From: Sedimentisphaerales bacterium | GTDB taxonomy: Bacteria > Planctomycetota > Phycisphaerae > Sedimentisphaerales > SM23-30 | Direction: 5' to 3' (one strand) | Length of the DNA stretch: 64,000 bases | Assembly: GCA_963666285.1 (NCBI GenBank) | Contig: OY762711.1 | Part shown: positions 21,834 to 30,565 of the stretch, piece by piece | Position numbering within the stretch: position 1 is the stretch's first letter | Layout of the letters: each line of letters starts with the position of its first letter | The notes under the pieces: model-generated | Database searches by the model: none | The model's input: only the letters and a program-made list of their open reading frames with translations | What the model was told of the DNA's origin: nothing | Translations under genes and position numbers: made by a program

Positions 21834-21964
21834 GGGAGCCTTGTATAGGTGTAGCCGGACAAGCCCGTTTTACCCGGGATCTCTGGAAAGCTGATGAGGC
21901 CCCCCCCTTAAAATAAGGGGTTCCTTCAATTAACCAATTGGACGGCATTTGCGGTGGCTTTTTT
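21834..21964 (+). ncRNA. Structured ncRNA, 6S RNA-like (candidate)
   Basis: GC-rich island in an AT-rich spacer. 5' GGGAGCC-TTGTATAGGTGT pairs with 3' GCATTTGCGGT-GGCTTTT; 3' GACGGCAT motif; internal hairpin CCCCTTA-AAA-TAAGGGG; CATAAT -10-like box at 21801. Confidence 0.45.
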
Positions 21965-22129
21965 ATGCGCTGAATTAGCTGGTTGTACCAAAGATTATTT
22001 TCGGATTTCTCCCTTTTTTTTTATTTTACGGCTTATGTGTTCTTAATGTATAATGGTAAACTGTTATTTAATAAGTAGTTTTCATTATTTGGACCGCGAG
22101 TAACATTCTGTAATATTTGTTGTATAAAA

Positions 22130-22239
22130 GTTTGCTTTAGCACTTTTCAAGTTGCAATAAACGCCTGAAAGTGGTTGCTGTTAACATTGAACAGTCATAA
22201 GCATGCCTTGCATTTGTTGTGAAGCATAAAACGTACTAA
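22130..22239 (+). repeat. Dispersed repeat (MITE-like), internally deleted copy upstream of trkA
   Basis: TTTTCAAGTTGCAATAAACGCCTGAAA…TTGAACAGTCA…GAAGCATAAAACGTACTAA matches both ends of the 37977-38191 copy. Confidence 0.7.
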
Positions 22240-22283
22240 AAGGTATTGAATAATTTTAGATTAACAGTTAGGAACGAGTCTAG

Positions 22284-23618
22284 ATGAGAGTTGTTATTGC
22301 CGGTGCCGGCGAGATAGGATGGTATATTGCTGACCAGGTGTCAAGCCAGGGGCATGATGTAACCGTTATAGACCCTTCAAAGGATAAAATCCGCCAGGTT
22401 AACAGCTCGCTGGATGTACATGCTGTCGAAGGTTCGGCGGCTTCTGCCCAAATCCTCGGACAGATTGCTGTTGCTGAGGCGGATTTATTTGTCGCTGTCA
22501 GCGGTTCCGATGAAGTCAATATTGTTGCTGCTTCTCTTGCCAGGAAACTTGGCGCTGCCCGTGCTATTGCCAGGGTCGATGAAGTTATATACAGAAAAAG
22601 TACTGATATTTCTTATTCGGAACATTTTGGGATTGATGAATTTGTCAGTCCTGAAACACTCGCGGCTTTGGAGCTTGCTTCGGTCATACGCAGTCCGGGC
22701 GCTCTGGCGGTGGAACATCTTGCCCGCGGTAAGATAGAAATGCAGCGTGTGGTCGTTGGCAAAGGAGCCAAGCATATCAATCGTCCGCTAAAGGATCTGG
22801 ATCTGCCCGAAGGTGTTAAGATCGCTTGTATCAGAAGAGACGGCAGTTTATTTATTCCTGCTGCCAATTCAATGGTGTATGAAAGCGATAATGTAACCCT
22901 GATCGGTAAAACTGAACAGATTGTCTCTGCTCGCAGCGGCCTGGAATCTAAGAAAGCCAGTTCCATTAAAATTGTTGTTGTTGGCGGCGGCCATACTACT
23001 CTATCGCTTGTCAGGCGTCTTCGTGCCTCAATGTACAAAGTCACTATTGTCGAACGTTCCGAAGATCGGTGCAAACATCTTGCCGCTATTCTTCCTAACG
23101 TCACTATTTTGCACGGTGATGGAACTAACCTGTCATTCCTGAAAGAAGAACGTATCGAAAGTGCTGATATTTTTGTTAGTACTACCGATTCTGATGAAAC
23201 TAATATCATGAGTGCTATGCAGGCCAGGCATCTTGGTGTGGAAAAGGTGCTGGTTCTTATACACCGACCGGACTATGGTGATCTTATCGAAAAAATGGGT
23301 ATCGACCGTGCTGTTAGTCCGCGCGTTCAGATGGCCAAAGAAATATTAACTATGTTGCATAAAAGTGATGTGCGTACCCTTTCTGTTTTTGACGATGGCA
23401 AGGCTGAAATTGTACAGGTCAGGGTTAGAAGCAGCGAGGTCACAGGGAAGTATCTGAGAGAAATTACTCTGCCCGGCGAAACGCTCGTCCTTACCATCCA
23501 GCGGGACAAGGATATCATTGTCCCCCAGGCTGATACGATGTTCCACCTTGACGATGAGGCTATTTTTATCAGTAGAACTGCCAGCCATAAAGAGCTGACT
23601 AAAATGATCGTGGGATAA
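22284..23618 (+). CDS. trkA: Trk system potassium transporter NAD-binding subunit
   Basis: Two RCK-N domains (IAGAGEIG; VVGGG) each followed by RCK-C; 444 aa; next to trkH. Confidence 0.93.
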   Translation: MRVVIAGAGEIGWYIADQVSSQGHDVTVIDPSKDKIRQVNSSLDVHAVEGSAASAQILGQIAVAEADLFVAVSGSDEVNIVAASLARKLGAARAIARVDEVIYRKSTDISYSEHFGIDEFVSPETLAALELASVIRSPGALAVEHLARGKIEMQRVVVGKGAKHINRPLKDLDLPEGVKIACIRRDGSLFIPAANSMVYESDNVTLIGKTEQIVSARSGLESKKASSIKIVVVGGGHTTLSLVRRLRASMYKVTIVERSEDRCKHLAAILPNVTILHGDGTNLSFLKEERIESADIFVSTTDSDETNIMSAMQARHLGVEKVLVLIHRPDYGDLIEKMGIDRAVSPRVQMAKEILTMLHKSDVRTLSVFDDGKAEIVQVRVRSSEVTGKYLREITLPGETLVLTIQRDKDIIVPQADTMFHLDDEAIFISRTASHKELTKMIVG

Positions 23619-23638
23619 TTAGTCCGGCTTTATTTGGA

Positions 23639-23812
23639 GTTTACTTTCGTTGTTTTTAAGTTGCAATAACAAAGTGCCTATGGTAAATCGCCTAAAAGGG
23701 CCTTCTTGTAACGCTTTGAATTAAATATTACATTTTTCATTCACAAGGCCATATTCCGGCCTTTGCGTGTAATGTCGAACAGTCAAAAGTGCGATGCCGC
23801 ACTTGAAGTATG
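23639..23812 (+). repeat. Dispersed repeat (MITE-like), near full-length copy between trkA and trkH
   Basis: GTTTACTTTCG..GTTTTTAAGTTGCAA…AAATCGCCTAAAAGGGCCTTC.TGTAAC…TTCCGGCCTTTGCGT.TAATGT.GAACAGTCAAAAGTGCG, near-identical blocks to 37977-38160. Confidence 0.85.
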
Positions 23813-23816
23813 AATT

Positions 23817-25322
23817 ATGAATTTTAAACAGATTCTTAGACAATTGGGTATTCTGGTTTCTCTGGTAGGTTTTTGTATAAGCTCTTCCTTGATCTGGGCG
23901 TTTCTCGACTATGACCAGGACCAGAATAGCAGGATAATTTTCTCTATTATTTATTCTGTGCTTTCCTGCCTGCTGATTGGTGCTATTATGGTTATCCTTG
24001 GCAGAGAACCGGACCGCGAACAGGAAATGTACCGAAAAGAAGCTATTGCAGTTGTTGGCCTTGGCTGGCTTGTTTGCGGGGTGCTGGGCGCATTGCCGTA
24101 TCTTTTCAGCGGTGTGCTTGACGGCATCTATCATGGCTGGTATGCCAAAATCGCCGCGGCCATATTTGAATCTGTCAGCGGGTTCACCACAACCGGTGCC
24201 AGTATTTTCCCCGAACCGGAACAGCTGCCCAGGGCTATACTGTTCTGGCGCAGCCTTACTCACTGGCTTGGCGGTATGGGTATTGTCGTTCTGTTTGTCG
24301 CTATTCTCAGCCAGATCGGTCCGGCTGCTAAGTTCATGTTCAATAGCGAGGTGCCCGGCCCGATATCTGAATCGGTACGCCCCAGGATCAAAAATACCGC
24401 AATGCTGCTCTGGAAAATTTATGTCGCTATCTCGCTGGTTGAGACCGTTATCCTGATGACCCAGGGGATGGACCTGTTTGAATCTCTCTGTCATACTTTT
24501 GGTACGATGGCGACCGGTGGGTTCAGTACCAGAAATGCCAGTGTCGGTCAGTATAATCACCTTGGAATTGAAGTTACTATTATAGTCTTCATGGTTTTAG
24601 CTGGCATGAATTTCAATCTATATGCCGATATGATCCAGGGTAAATGGAAATATGTATTAAAAAATTCCGAGCTTAGAACTTATCTACTTATTATGCTTAT
24701 TGCTACCGGCATGATAACTGCCGATCTGGTTATGAATAAGGCCCTGATCTATGGCAGTGTCACAAAGGCCCTGCGGTCGGCAGGTTTCCAGGTAGTGTCG
24801 ATTATGACTACTACCGGTTTTGGTTCGGATGATTTCGATGCCTGGCCCAATTTCTCTCGATGGCTGCTGCTGGCACTCATGTTTGTCGGCGGCTCTGCCG
24901 GCTCGACCGGCGGCGGTATCAAGGTCTTCCGCCTTATGCTCTTCTGTAAATTAGTTGTCTCTGAAATTGAAAAGTCTTTCAGACCGTCTCTAATCAAACC
25001 TATCCGCATCAGCAATCAGCCGATAGACGATTCGCAATGCAGGACTATCGGGGTATATGTTGGCATGATACTGCTTATTGCCTTTGTCTCGACCATACTG
25101 CTGCTTATACTGGAAAATACTATCGATATCGAAACCGCATTTTCGGCGGTTGCCGCGACTCTTAACAATATCGGTCCCGGCCTCAAAATGGTTGGCGCCA
25201 CTCAGAATTTCGCGTTTATGGCTCCTACCTCAAAGCTGCTGCTGACTTTCCTTATGATACTCGGCAGGCTCGAAGTCATGGCCATCTTCTGCCTCTTTGT
25301 ACCAAACTTCTGGAGAAAATAA
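23817..25322 (+). CDS. trkH: Trk system potassium uptake membrane protein
   Basis: FESVSGFTTTGAS, HWLGGMG, TMATGGFS, GGSAGSTGGGIK, LNNIGPG and GRLE motifs. Confidence 0.95.
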   Translation: MNFKQILRQLGILVSLVGFCISSSLIWAFLDYDQDQNSRIIFSIIYSVLSCLLIGAIMVILGREPDREQEMYRKEAIAVVGLGWLVCGVLGALPYLFSGVLDGIYHGWYAKIAAAIFESVSGFTTTGASIFPEPEQLPRAILFWRSLTHWLGGMGIVVLFVAILSQIGPAAKFMFNSEVPGPISESVRPRIKNTAMLLWKIYVAISLVETVILMTQGMDLFESLCHTFGTMATGGFSTRNASVGQYNHLGIEVTIIVFMVLAGMNFNLYADMIQGKWKYVLKNSELRTYLLIMLIATGMITADLVMNKALIYGSVTKALRSAGFQVVSIMTTTGFGSDDFDAWPNFSRWLLLALMFVGGSAGSTGGGIKVFRLMLFCKLVVSEIEKSFRPSLIKPIRISNQPIDDSQCRTIGVYVGMILLIAFVSTILLLILENTIDIETAFSAVAATLNNIGPGLKMVGATQNFAFMAPTSKLLLTFLMILGRLEVMAIFCLFVPNFWRK

Positions 25323-25380
25323 GGTTGGACGGTATAATTCTTAGTGTATTGTATGCGTATATTGTGCAGAAAGTTTTGAT

Positions 25381-25908
25381 ATGAACACAACTATAACTCT
25401 CATTCAAGGTGATATTACCACCCAGGATACCGACGCCATTGTCAATGCCGCTAACAGCTCTCTTGCCGGCGGCGGGGGAGTTGACGGTGCTATACATCGT
25501 GCCGGCGGGCCTATTATTCTTCAGCAATGTCAGGATTGGGTTTCCATCAATGGCAAACTGCCAACCGGCAATGCTATGATAACCACCGCGGGTAATATGC
25601 CGTCGAAATTTGTCATTCATACCGTCGGCCCCATCTGGCGCGGCGGCAGCAAAAACGAACCGCAGCTGCTGGCTAATGCCTGGCACAATTCTCTTTCGCT
25701 TGCCGCTGAAAAAGGGCTAAAAAATATCTCATTCCCATCGATCAGTACCGGCGTATACCGTTTCCCGATCGAACTTGCCGCCGAGATAGCAATTGATACC
25801 TGCCGGAAATTCATGCAAAACAACCGGCTCGATGAAATTCGAATCGTACTGTTCAGCCAGTCGGACCTTGCTATATACCAACAGGCTTACGACAGACTGG
25901 AAAACTGA
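25381..25908 (+). CDS. Macrodomain O-acetyl-ADP-ribose deacetylase (YmdB-like)
   Basis: GDIT….DAIVNAAN..L.GGGGVDGAIHRA.G, VIHTVGP and FPSISTGVYRFP motifs. Confidence 0.95.
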   Translation: MNTTITLIQGDITTQDTDAIVNAANSSLAGGGGVDGAIHRAGGPIILQQCQDWVSINGKLPTGNAMITTAGNMPSKFVIHTVGPIWRGGSKNEPQLLANAWHNSLSLAAEKGLKNISFPSISTGVYRFPIELAAEIAIDTCRKFMQNNRLDEIRIVLFSQSDLAIYQQAYDRLEN

Positions 25909-25986
25909 CTATTGCGAAGCTTTAAATTAAGGTCGAGCAGCGACACCTTATTAGCTTCTAACCTCTAACCTCTAAATATTTTAATT

Positions 25987-26964
25987 ATGCTTAAAATCTT
26001 CGACGGCCACAACGATACTCTCAATCGCAAATACAACTCTCATCCGATAAAGGATTTTGACTTCCTATCGACAAACTCTGACGCTCATCTGGACCTGCCC
26101 AAAGCTCGCTCCGGCGGCATAAGCGGCGGCATGTGTGCCGTCTTTACCGAAGGCGATGCTCCCACCCAGGAGCAGGCAGAACAGAATGCTCAATTAGTTT
26201 CTGGTGACATTGTTGATATCGAATCACGCTCCGGCGGCAGTTTCAAACAGTGCCGCTCTGCAAGTGAAATACAAACTGCCATGGATAATGGTACCTTCGC
26301 CGCCACCCTCCATTTCGAGGGGGCCGAACCCATCAAACCCGACCTGTCAAACCTGGAATACTGGTACGGCAAAGGCCTGCGCAGTATAGGCATAACCTGG
26401 AGCAGGCCAAATGCCTTTGCTGACGGAGTAAGCTTTGGCTTTGGTACTCTGCCTGACCAGGGCAGCGGCTTGACCGCGGCCGGTAGAGAACTTGTTCGCC
26501 AATGCAACGAGCTCGGCATACTCATCGACATGGCCCACCTCTCTGCCGCAGGCGTTCGGCATGTCTTGGAGATTTCAACTCAACCCGTAGCTGTTACCCA
26601 TGGTAATGTCTGGCAGCTGTGCAACAGCCCACGGAACCTCACCGATGACCAGCTGAAGGCCATCGCCGCAAACGATGGTGTAATAGGCATAAACTTCCAT
26701 AAAGGCTTTCTTTCTCCTACCGGAGATTCTGACTCTGACATCGACATGCAGACTATCGTCAGCCATTTCCAGTATATCGCCAACCTCATCGGCATAAGAC
26801 ATCTTGCTATCGGCAGCGATTTTGACGGAGCTTTTATGCCTGATTGCCTTGCTGATGCCTCGAAAATGCCGAATCTTATCTCAGCACTGAATACCGCCGG
26901 TTTCTCCCACGAAGATATTGAGCTTATCGCCTGCAAAAACTGGCTCAGAATCTTTCCTGACTAG
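25987..26964 (+). CDS. Membrane dipeptidase (peptidase M19)
   Basis: FDGHND, EGAE, GLT..G.ELV…N.LGI.IDMAH, RNLTDDQL and GSDFDG motifs. Confidence 0.92.
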   Translation: MLKIFDGHNDTLNRKYNSHPIKDFDFLSTNSDAHLDLPKARSGGISGGMCAVFTEGDAPTQEQAEQNAQLVSGDIVDIESRSGGSFKQCRSASEIQTAMDNGTFAATLHFEGAEPIKPDLSNLEYWYGKGLRSIGITWSRPNAFADGVSFGFGTLPDQGSGLTAAGRELVRQCNELGILIDMAHLSAAGVRHVLEISTQPVAVTHGNVWQLCNSPRNLTDDQLKAIAANDGVIGINFHKGFLSPTGDSDSDIDMQTIVSHFQYIANLIGIRHLAIGSDFDGAFMPDCLADASKMPNLISALNTAGFSHEDIELIACKNWLRIFPD

Positions 26965-27362
26965 AAAAAATATATTTTAATTCCTACGACCTTTGCGTAT
27001 AATAATTTCAGTCAAAAGTACCAGGCGTACTTTTCAGATGTTTGATAATAATTATGGGATGTTTTGAGATGAAATCACATTTAGACAATAACTCGCTTTT
27101 AGCTGTTAATTATTTAACCGCAGCTTATATTGCTATTTGTCTTTCTCTCAGAAATCTGATAGTCTCTTTTATAGTACCAAAATTGAATATTATTTTACTT
27201 TCCGGCAAGTTAGAGTGCGGCTGACTTTGGTGTCCGTCGGTGCTCGTGGCGAGTACGTAATATTATTAGCATAATGTAGCTTGTTTCGGATCTATCTGAA
27301 TATTTACCGGCTGTAATGTGCTATTATATCATTCTATCAGCCGCAAATTTATAAGTATCGAC

Positions 27363-27390
27363 GGATAAGACAATGTCTTATCCTTTTTTT
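27363..27390 (+). terminator. Terminator/attenuator hairpin in the leader of the methyltransferase operon
   Basis: Perfect stem GGATAAGAC-AAT-GTCTTATCC followed by T7, about 50 nt before the ATG at 27443. Confidence 0.7.
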
Positions 27391-27442
27391 ATGCCATAAT
27401 TTGGTTAACTGGGTTTCAAAATATAAAATTGTATAAAGGTGA

Positions 27443-28255
27443 ATGATTGTGAAAATAAATACAAATATTAAACTTGCTGATGTGCAGGATGTATATAATG
27501 GTCCGGAAGGCAGACTGTGGGAATTGCTTATGGGTGAACAGATTCATATTGGCGGTTTGGCCTCTTCGATGGATCTTGCCGAAAAGGCTGCTGTTACCGC
27601 CGGAACCAGGGGAGTGGATCTGTGCTGCTGTACCGGTGCCGGTATGCGGTTTCTGGTACGTTTCAAAAATGTCGCTGAAATGTGCGGCGTTGATGCTACC
27701 GAAACAGTTATAAACCTTGGCATTGAAAGAGCCAAAGCAGAAGGCTATTCCGACAGGATCAGTTTTGTAGCCAATGATGTATGCAATTGCGGCATAGACA
27801 GCAATTCCGTAGATTTTGTATGGGGTGAAGATGCCTGGTGTTATGTCGAGGACAAAACTAAACTTATCGCTGAAGCCGCCCGCATTGTCAAACCGGGCGG
27901 AATTATAGCTTTCACCGACTGGCTTGAAGGACCGGTTCTAATGTCGGATGATGAAGCTGCCCGGTTCCTGGCCTTTATGAAATTTCCCAATATCCAGACT
28001 TTAGACGGGTACAAGGCACTCTTGACAGAAAACGGCTGTGATATCCGTGAAGCATACGACACCGGCCGATATGTCCAATATATCGATCTTTATATTGATA
28101 TGGCCAATAAACAGCTTACATATGATGCTCTCAAAATCATTGGGTTTGATATGGATTTGCTAACTGCCATTGGTAATGAGATGGAATTTATGCGGCAGCT
28201 TGCCCGTGATGGCAAAATTATCCAGGGGCTGTTCGTCGCCCAGAAAAACTCCTGA
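27443..28255 (+). CDS. Class I SAM-dependent methyltransferase
   Basis: IHIGG…LA, motif I VDLCCCTGAG, GVDAT, DFVWGEDAWCY and RIVKPGG motifs. Confidence 0.9.
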   Translation: MIVKINTNIKLADVQDVYNGPEGRLWELLMGEQIHIGGLASSMDLAEKAAVTAGTRGVDLCCCTGAGMRFLVRFKNVAEMCGVDATETVINLGIERAKAEGYSDRISFVANDVCNCGIDSNSVDFVWGEDAWCYVEDKTKLIAEAARIVKPGGIIAFTDWLEGPVLMSDDEAARFLAFMKFPNIQTLDGYKALLTENGCDIREAYDTGRYVQYIDLYIDMANKQLTYDALKIIGFDMDLLTAIGNEMEFMRQLARDGKIIQGLFVAQKNS

Positions 28256-28355
28256 CTTACTTGCCAATTGTTCGTGTAATTTTATTTCATAGATACATGC
28301 CTGGCGTCTGTATTTATATACTAAGTTAAAGTGCGAAACGCACTTGGAGGTATAA

Positions 28356-29588
28356 ATGAAAAAGTGTGGATGTAACCATAATGTGCAGGTCAATTCTTGT
28401 GACCCTTGCACTCCGCCTTTCGCTAGCGGTTGTACCGGCAGCAGCTTTAATCCCTGCAATTCGGAACTGATCGAATATCAGGCTGGTATGATTGACCGCT
28501 GCTATGAATACGCGGCACAAGCAAAGAAAAGCGGAAGGCCGATTATTGGCATAATGTGTGAATATACTCCGAGAGAAATTATTATGGCTGCCGGGGCGGT
28601 TCCTGTCTGCTTGTGCGGTGGATCGGCTGCAACCATACCAGCCGCCGAAGAATTTCTACCGGCAAATCTGTGCCCGCTTATAAAATCTACCTTTGGCTAT
28701 CACGTACAAAAAAGTAATCCGTTTCTGGAGATGGCTGATATGATCGTTGCCGAAACAACTTGCGACGGCAAAAAGAAAATGTATGAACTGCTTGCGGAAG
28801 AACGCAATATGTATGTCCTTGAGCTTACCCAGAAATCACTTGACCCCGATGCCTTTGACCATTGGGTTAAAGAGCTCCATAAATTGAAAGCCGAGCTGGA
28901 AAGACAGTTTGGCTGCCAGGTTACAGATGATAAAATCAGGCAGGCGGTCCGGCTGATGAATCGCGAACGGCAGCTGCGCAGAGCTATCGCCCGGTTTATG
29001 CAGGAGGACAATCCATGTCTGACCGGTAGAGAGCTTCTGGAATTCAAAAGTATTATTTCCGGCATCGATTCCGACCTGGACCAGTATCAAAATGCTATAG
29101 ATACTCTTTCCCAACAGCCAAAACCGGCCAGGCCTGACACTGTCCGGGCGATGATCACCGGTGTGCCCATGGCCCATGGTGCCGAGCGTGTTATTGAGCT
29201 TGTTGAAAAACATGGCGGGCTGGTGGTCTGCCAGGAAAACTGTACCGGGCTAAAGCCGATTCTGGACGATGTTGATGAAGATGCAGATGATATTTTATAT
29301 GCTATCGCGGATAACTATTTCAGATTGCCGTGTTCTGTTATGACTGGTAACCAGCGTCGACTTGATACCATTAAATCGCTCGTTGAGCAATATCGCCCGC
29401 AATGTGTTATTGATGTTATCTGGCAGGCCTGCCTTACCTACGATGTTGAATCTCAGCTTGTCAAAAAATATGTTGAGCAGCAGCTTGGCCTGCCGTATCT
29501 CAGGATCGAAACGGACTATAATACTTCTGATTCTGCTCGCATCGCACTTAGGGTTGAAGCTTTATTTGAAACCATTGTCAATAAATGA
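28356..29588 (+). CDS. Double-cubane cluster protein / 2-hydroxyacyl-CoA dehydratase family (YjiM-like) with a Cys-rich N-terminal extension
   Basis: MCEYTPRE, CLCGG, LPANLCPLIKS, ETTCDGKKKMYE, ENCTG, PCS, QACLTY and IETDY motifs; GGAGG SD before the ATG. Confidence 0.88.
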   Translation: MKKCGCNHNVQVNSCDPCTPPFASGCTGSSFNPCNSELIEYQAGMIDRCYEYAAQAKKSGRPIIGIMCEYTPREIIMAAGAVPVCLCGGSAATIPAAEEFLPANLCPLIKSTFGYHVQKSNPFLEMADMIVAETTCDGKKKMYELLAEERNMYVLELTQKSLDPDAFDHWVKELHKLKAELERQFGCQVTDDKIRQAVRLMNRERQLRRAIARFMQEDNPCLTGRELLEFKSIISGIDSDLDQYQNAIDTLSQQPKPARPDTVRAMITGVPMAHGAERVIELVEKHGGLVVCQENCTGLKPILDDVDEDADDILYAIADNYFRLPCSVMTGNQRRLDTIKSLVEQYRPQCVIDVIWQACLTYDVESQLVKKYVEQQLGLPYLRIETDYNTSDSARIALRVEALFETIVNK

Positions 29589-30565
29589 AAAATATTGTTT
29601 ATACATCTCCTTTTATACCTGCCGAATGGATTACGGCACACGCTCTTCGCCCGGTCAAGATCCGGCCTGGCTCTGATGGCAATCGCCGCTTCGCCGCCGG
29701 GTTGCCCGGCACATGCCCTTATGCTCTGGGGTTTCTCCAAGATGCAATAGACTGTGCCGATACTGCTGCTGTTATCTTTACTACGGCCTGCGATCAGATG
29801 CGGCGCATTGTTGAACTGGCCGACAAACAGACCGATATCCCGACTTTTATGATGAATCTACCCGCCACCTGGCAAAACGCTTCCGCTTTTGGCTTATATC
29901 AGTCTGAACTGAAAAGGTTAGGGCGGTTTCTTTCTGAAATTTCCGGTCATAATCCTTTTCCATCGTCGCTTGCTGATATCATGTATAAGTTTGATGATGA
30001 CCGACGCCTGCTCAGACAGGCCGAAGCTTGCCTTACTGAATATCAATATTCACAGGCGATTGCCGATTTCTATCGAAATGGCAGCCTGCCGACTTTAGCT
30101 GCCGATATTAATATTCCCACTGGTCCGGCAATAGCCATTTTCGGCGGGTCTTTAATGCAGCAGGAGAAAATCCTGTTTGACCTGGTAGAAGATACCGGCG
30201 GGCATATTGCCCTGGATGCCACGTCTTCCGGGTTGCGTGCTATGCCTCGCAGGTTTAATCTGCGGCAGCTGAAACTCGACCCGTTTGCCGAACTTGCAGA
30301 TGCCTATTTCGGCAGCCTGACCGATGCCTTCCGGCGGCCTAATAGTGAGTTGTATAAATGGCTGAAAAATGAAATTGTAATTAGAGATATAAAAGGAATT
30401 ATTTTTCACCGTTATCTATGGTGCGATCTCTGGCATGCTGAGGCGAAGCGGCTAAAGGACTGGGCCGATATCCCCGTACTTGACCTGGATTGCAATGACA
30501 ATGACGGTACAAACTCCGAGAGGATCAAAACCCGCATCCAGGCGTTCGTGGAAATGCTTTTATGA
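29585..30565 (+). CDS. 2-hydroxyacyl-CoA dehydratase / benzoyl-CoA reductase-like Fe-S subunit
   Basis: SPFIPAEWI, TCPYA, TTACDQMRR, LWCDLW and C-terminal TRIQAFVEML; overlaps the upstream stop (ATAAATG). Confidence 0.8.
   Translation: MKNIVYTSPFIPAEWITAHALRPVKIRPGSDGNRRFAAGLPGTCPYALGFLQDAIDCADTAAVIFTTACDQMRRIVELADKQTDIPTFMMNLPATWQNASAFGLYQSELKRLGRFLSEISGHNPFPSSLADIMYKFDDDRRLLRQAEACLTEYQYSQAIADFYRNGSLPTLAADINIPTGPAIAIFGGSLMQQEKILFDLVEDTGGHIALDATSSGLRAMPRRFNLRQLKLDPFAELADAYFGSLTDAFRRPNSELYKWLKNEIVIRDIKGIIFHRYLWCDLWHAEAKRLKDWADIPVLDLDCNDNDGTNSERIKTRIQAFVEMLL

Noticed and set aside
21800..22283. c-di-AMP (ydaO) riboswitch upstream of trkA/trkH
   Set aside because: Expected from context, but the hallmark GCUGAAUCC…GGGGGAACC…GGGUGAAU…CCCGAACCCGUCAGCUAACC elements are not present; the structured element fits a 6S-like fold better.
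23721..24560. 279-aa minus-strand ORF and other long antisense ORFs (for example 9836-10537 and 38990-39733)
   Set aside because: They overlap well-supported genes on the opposite strand and carry no recognisable motifs.
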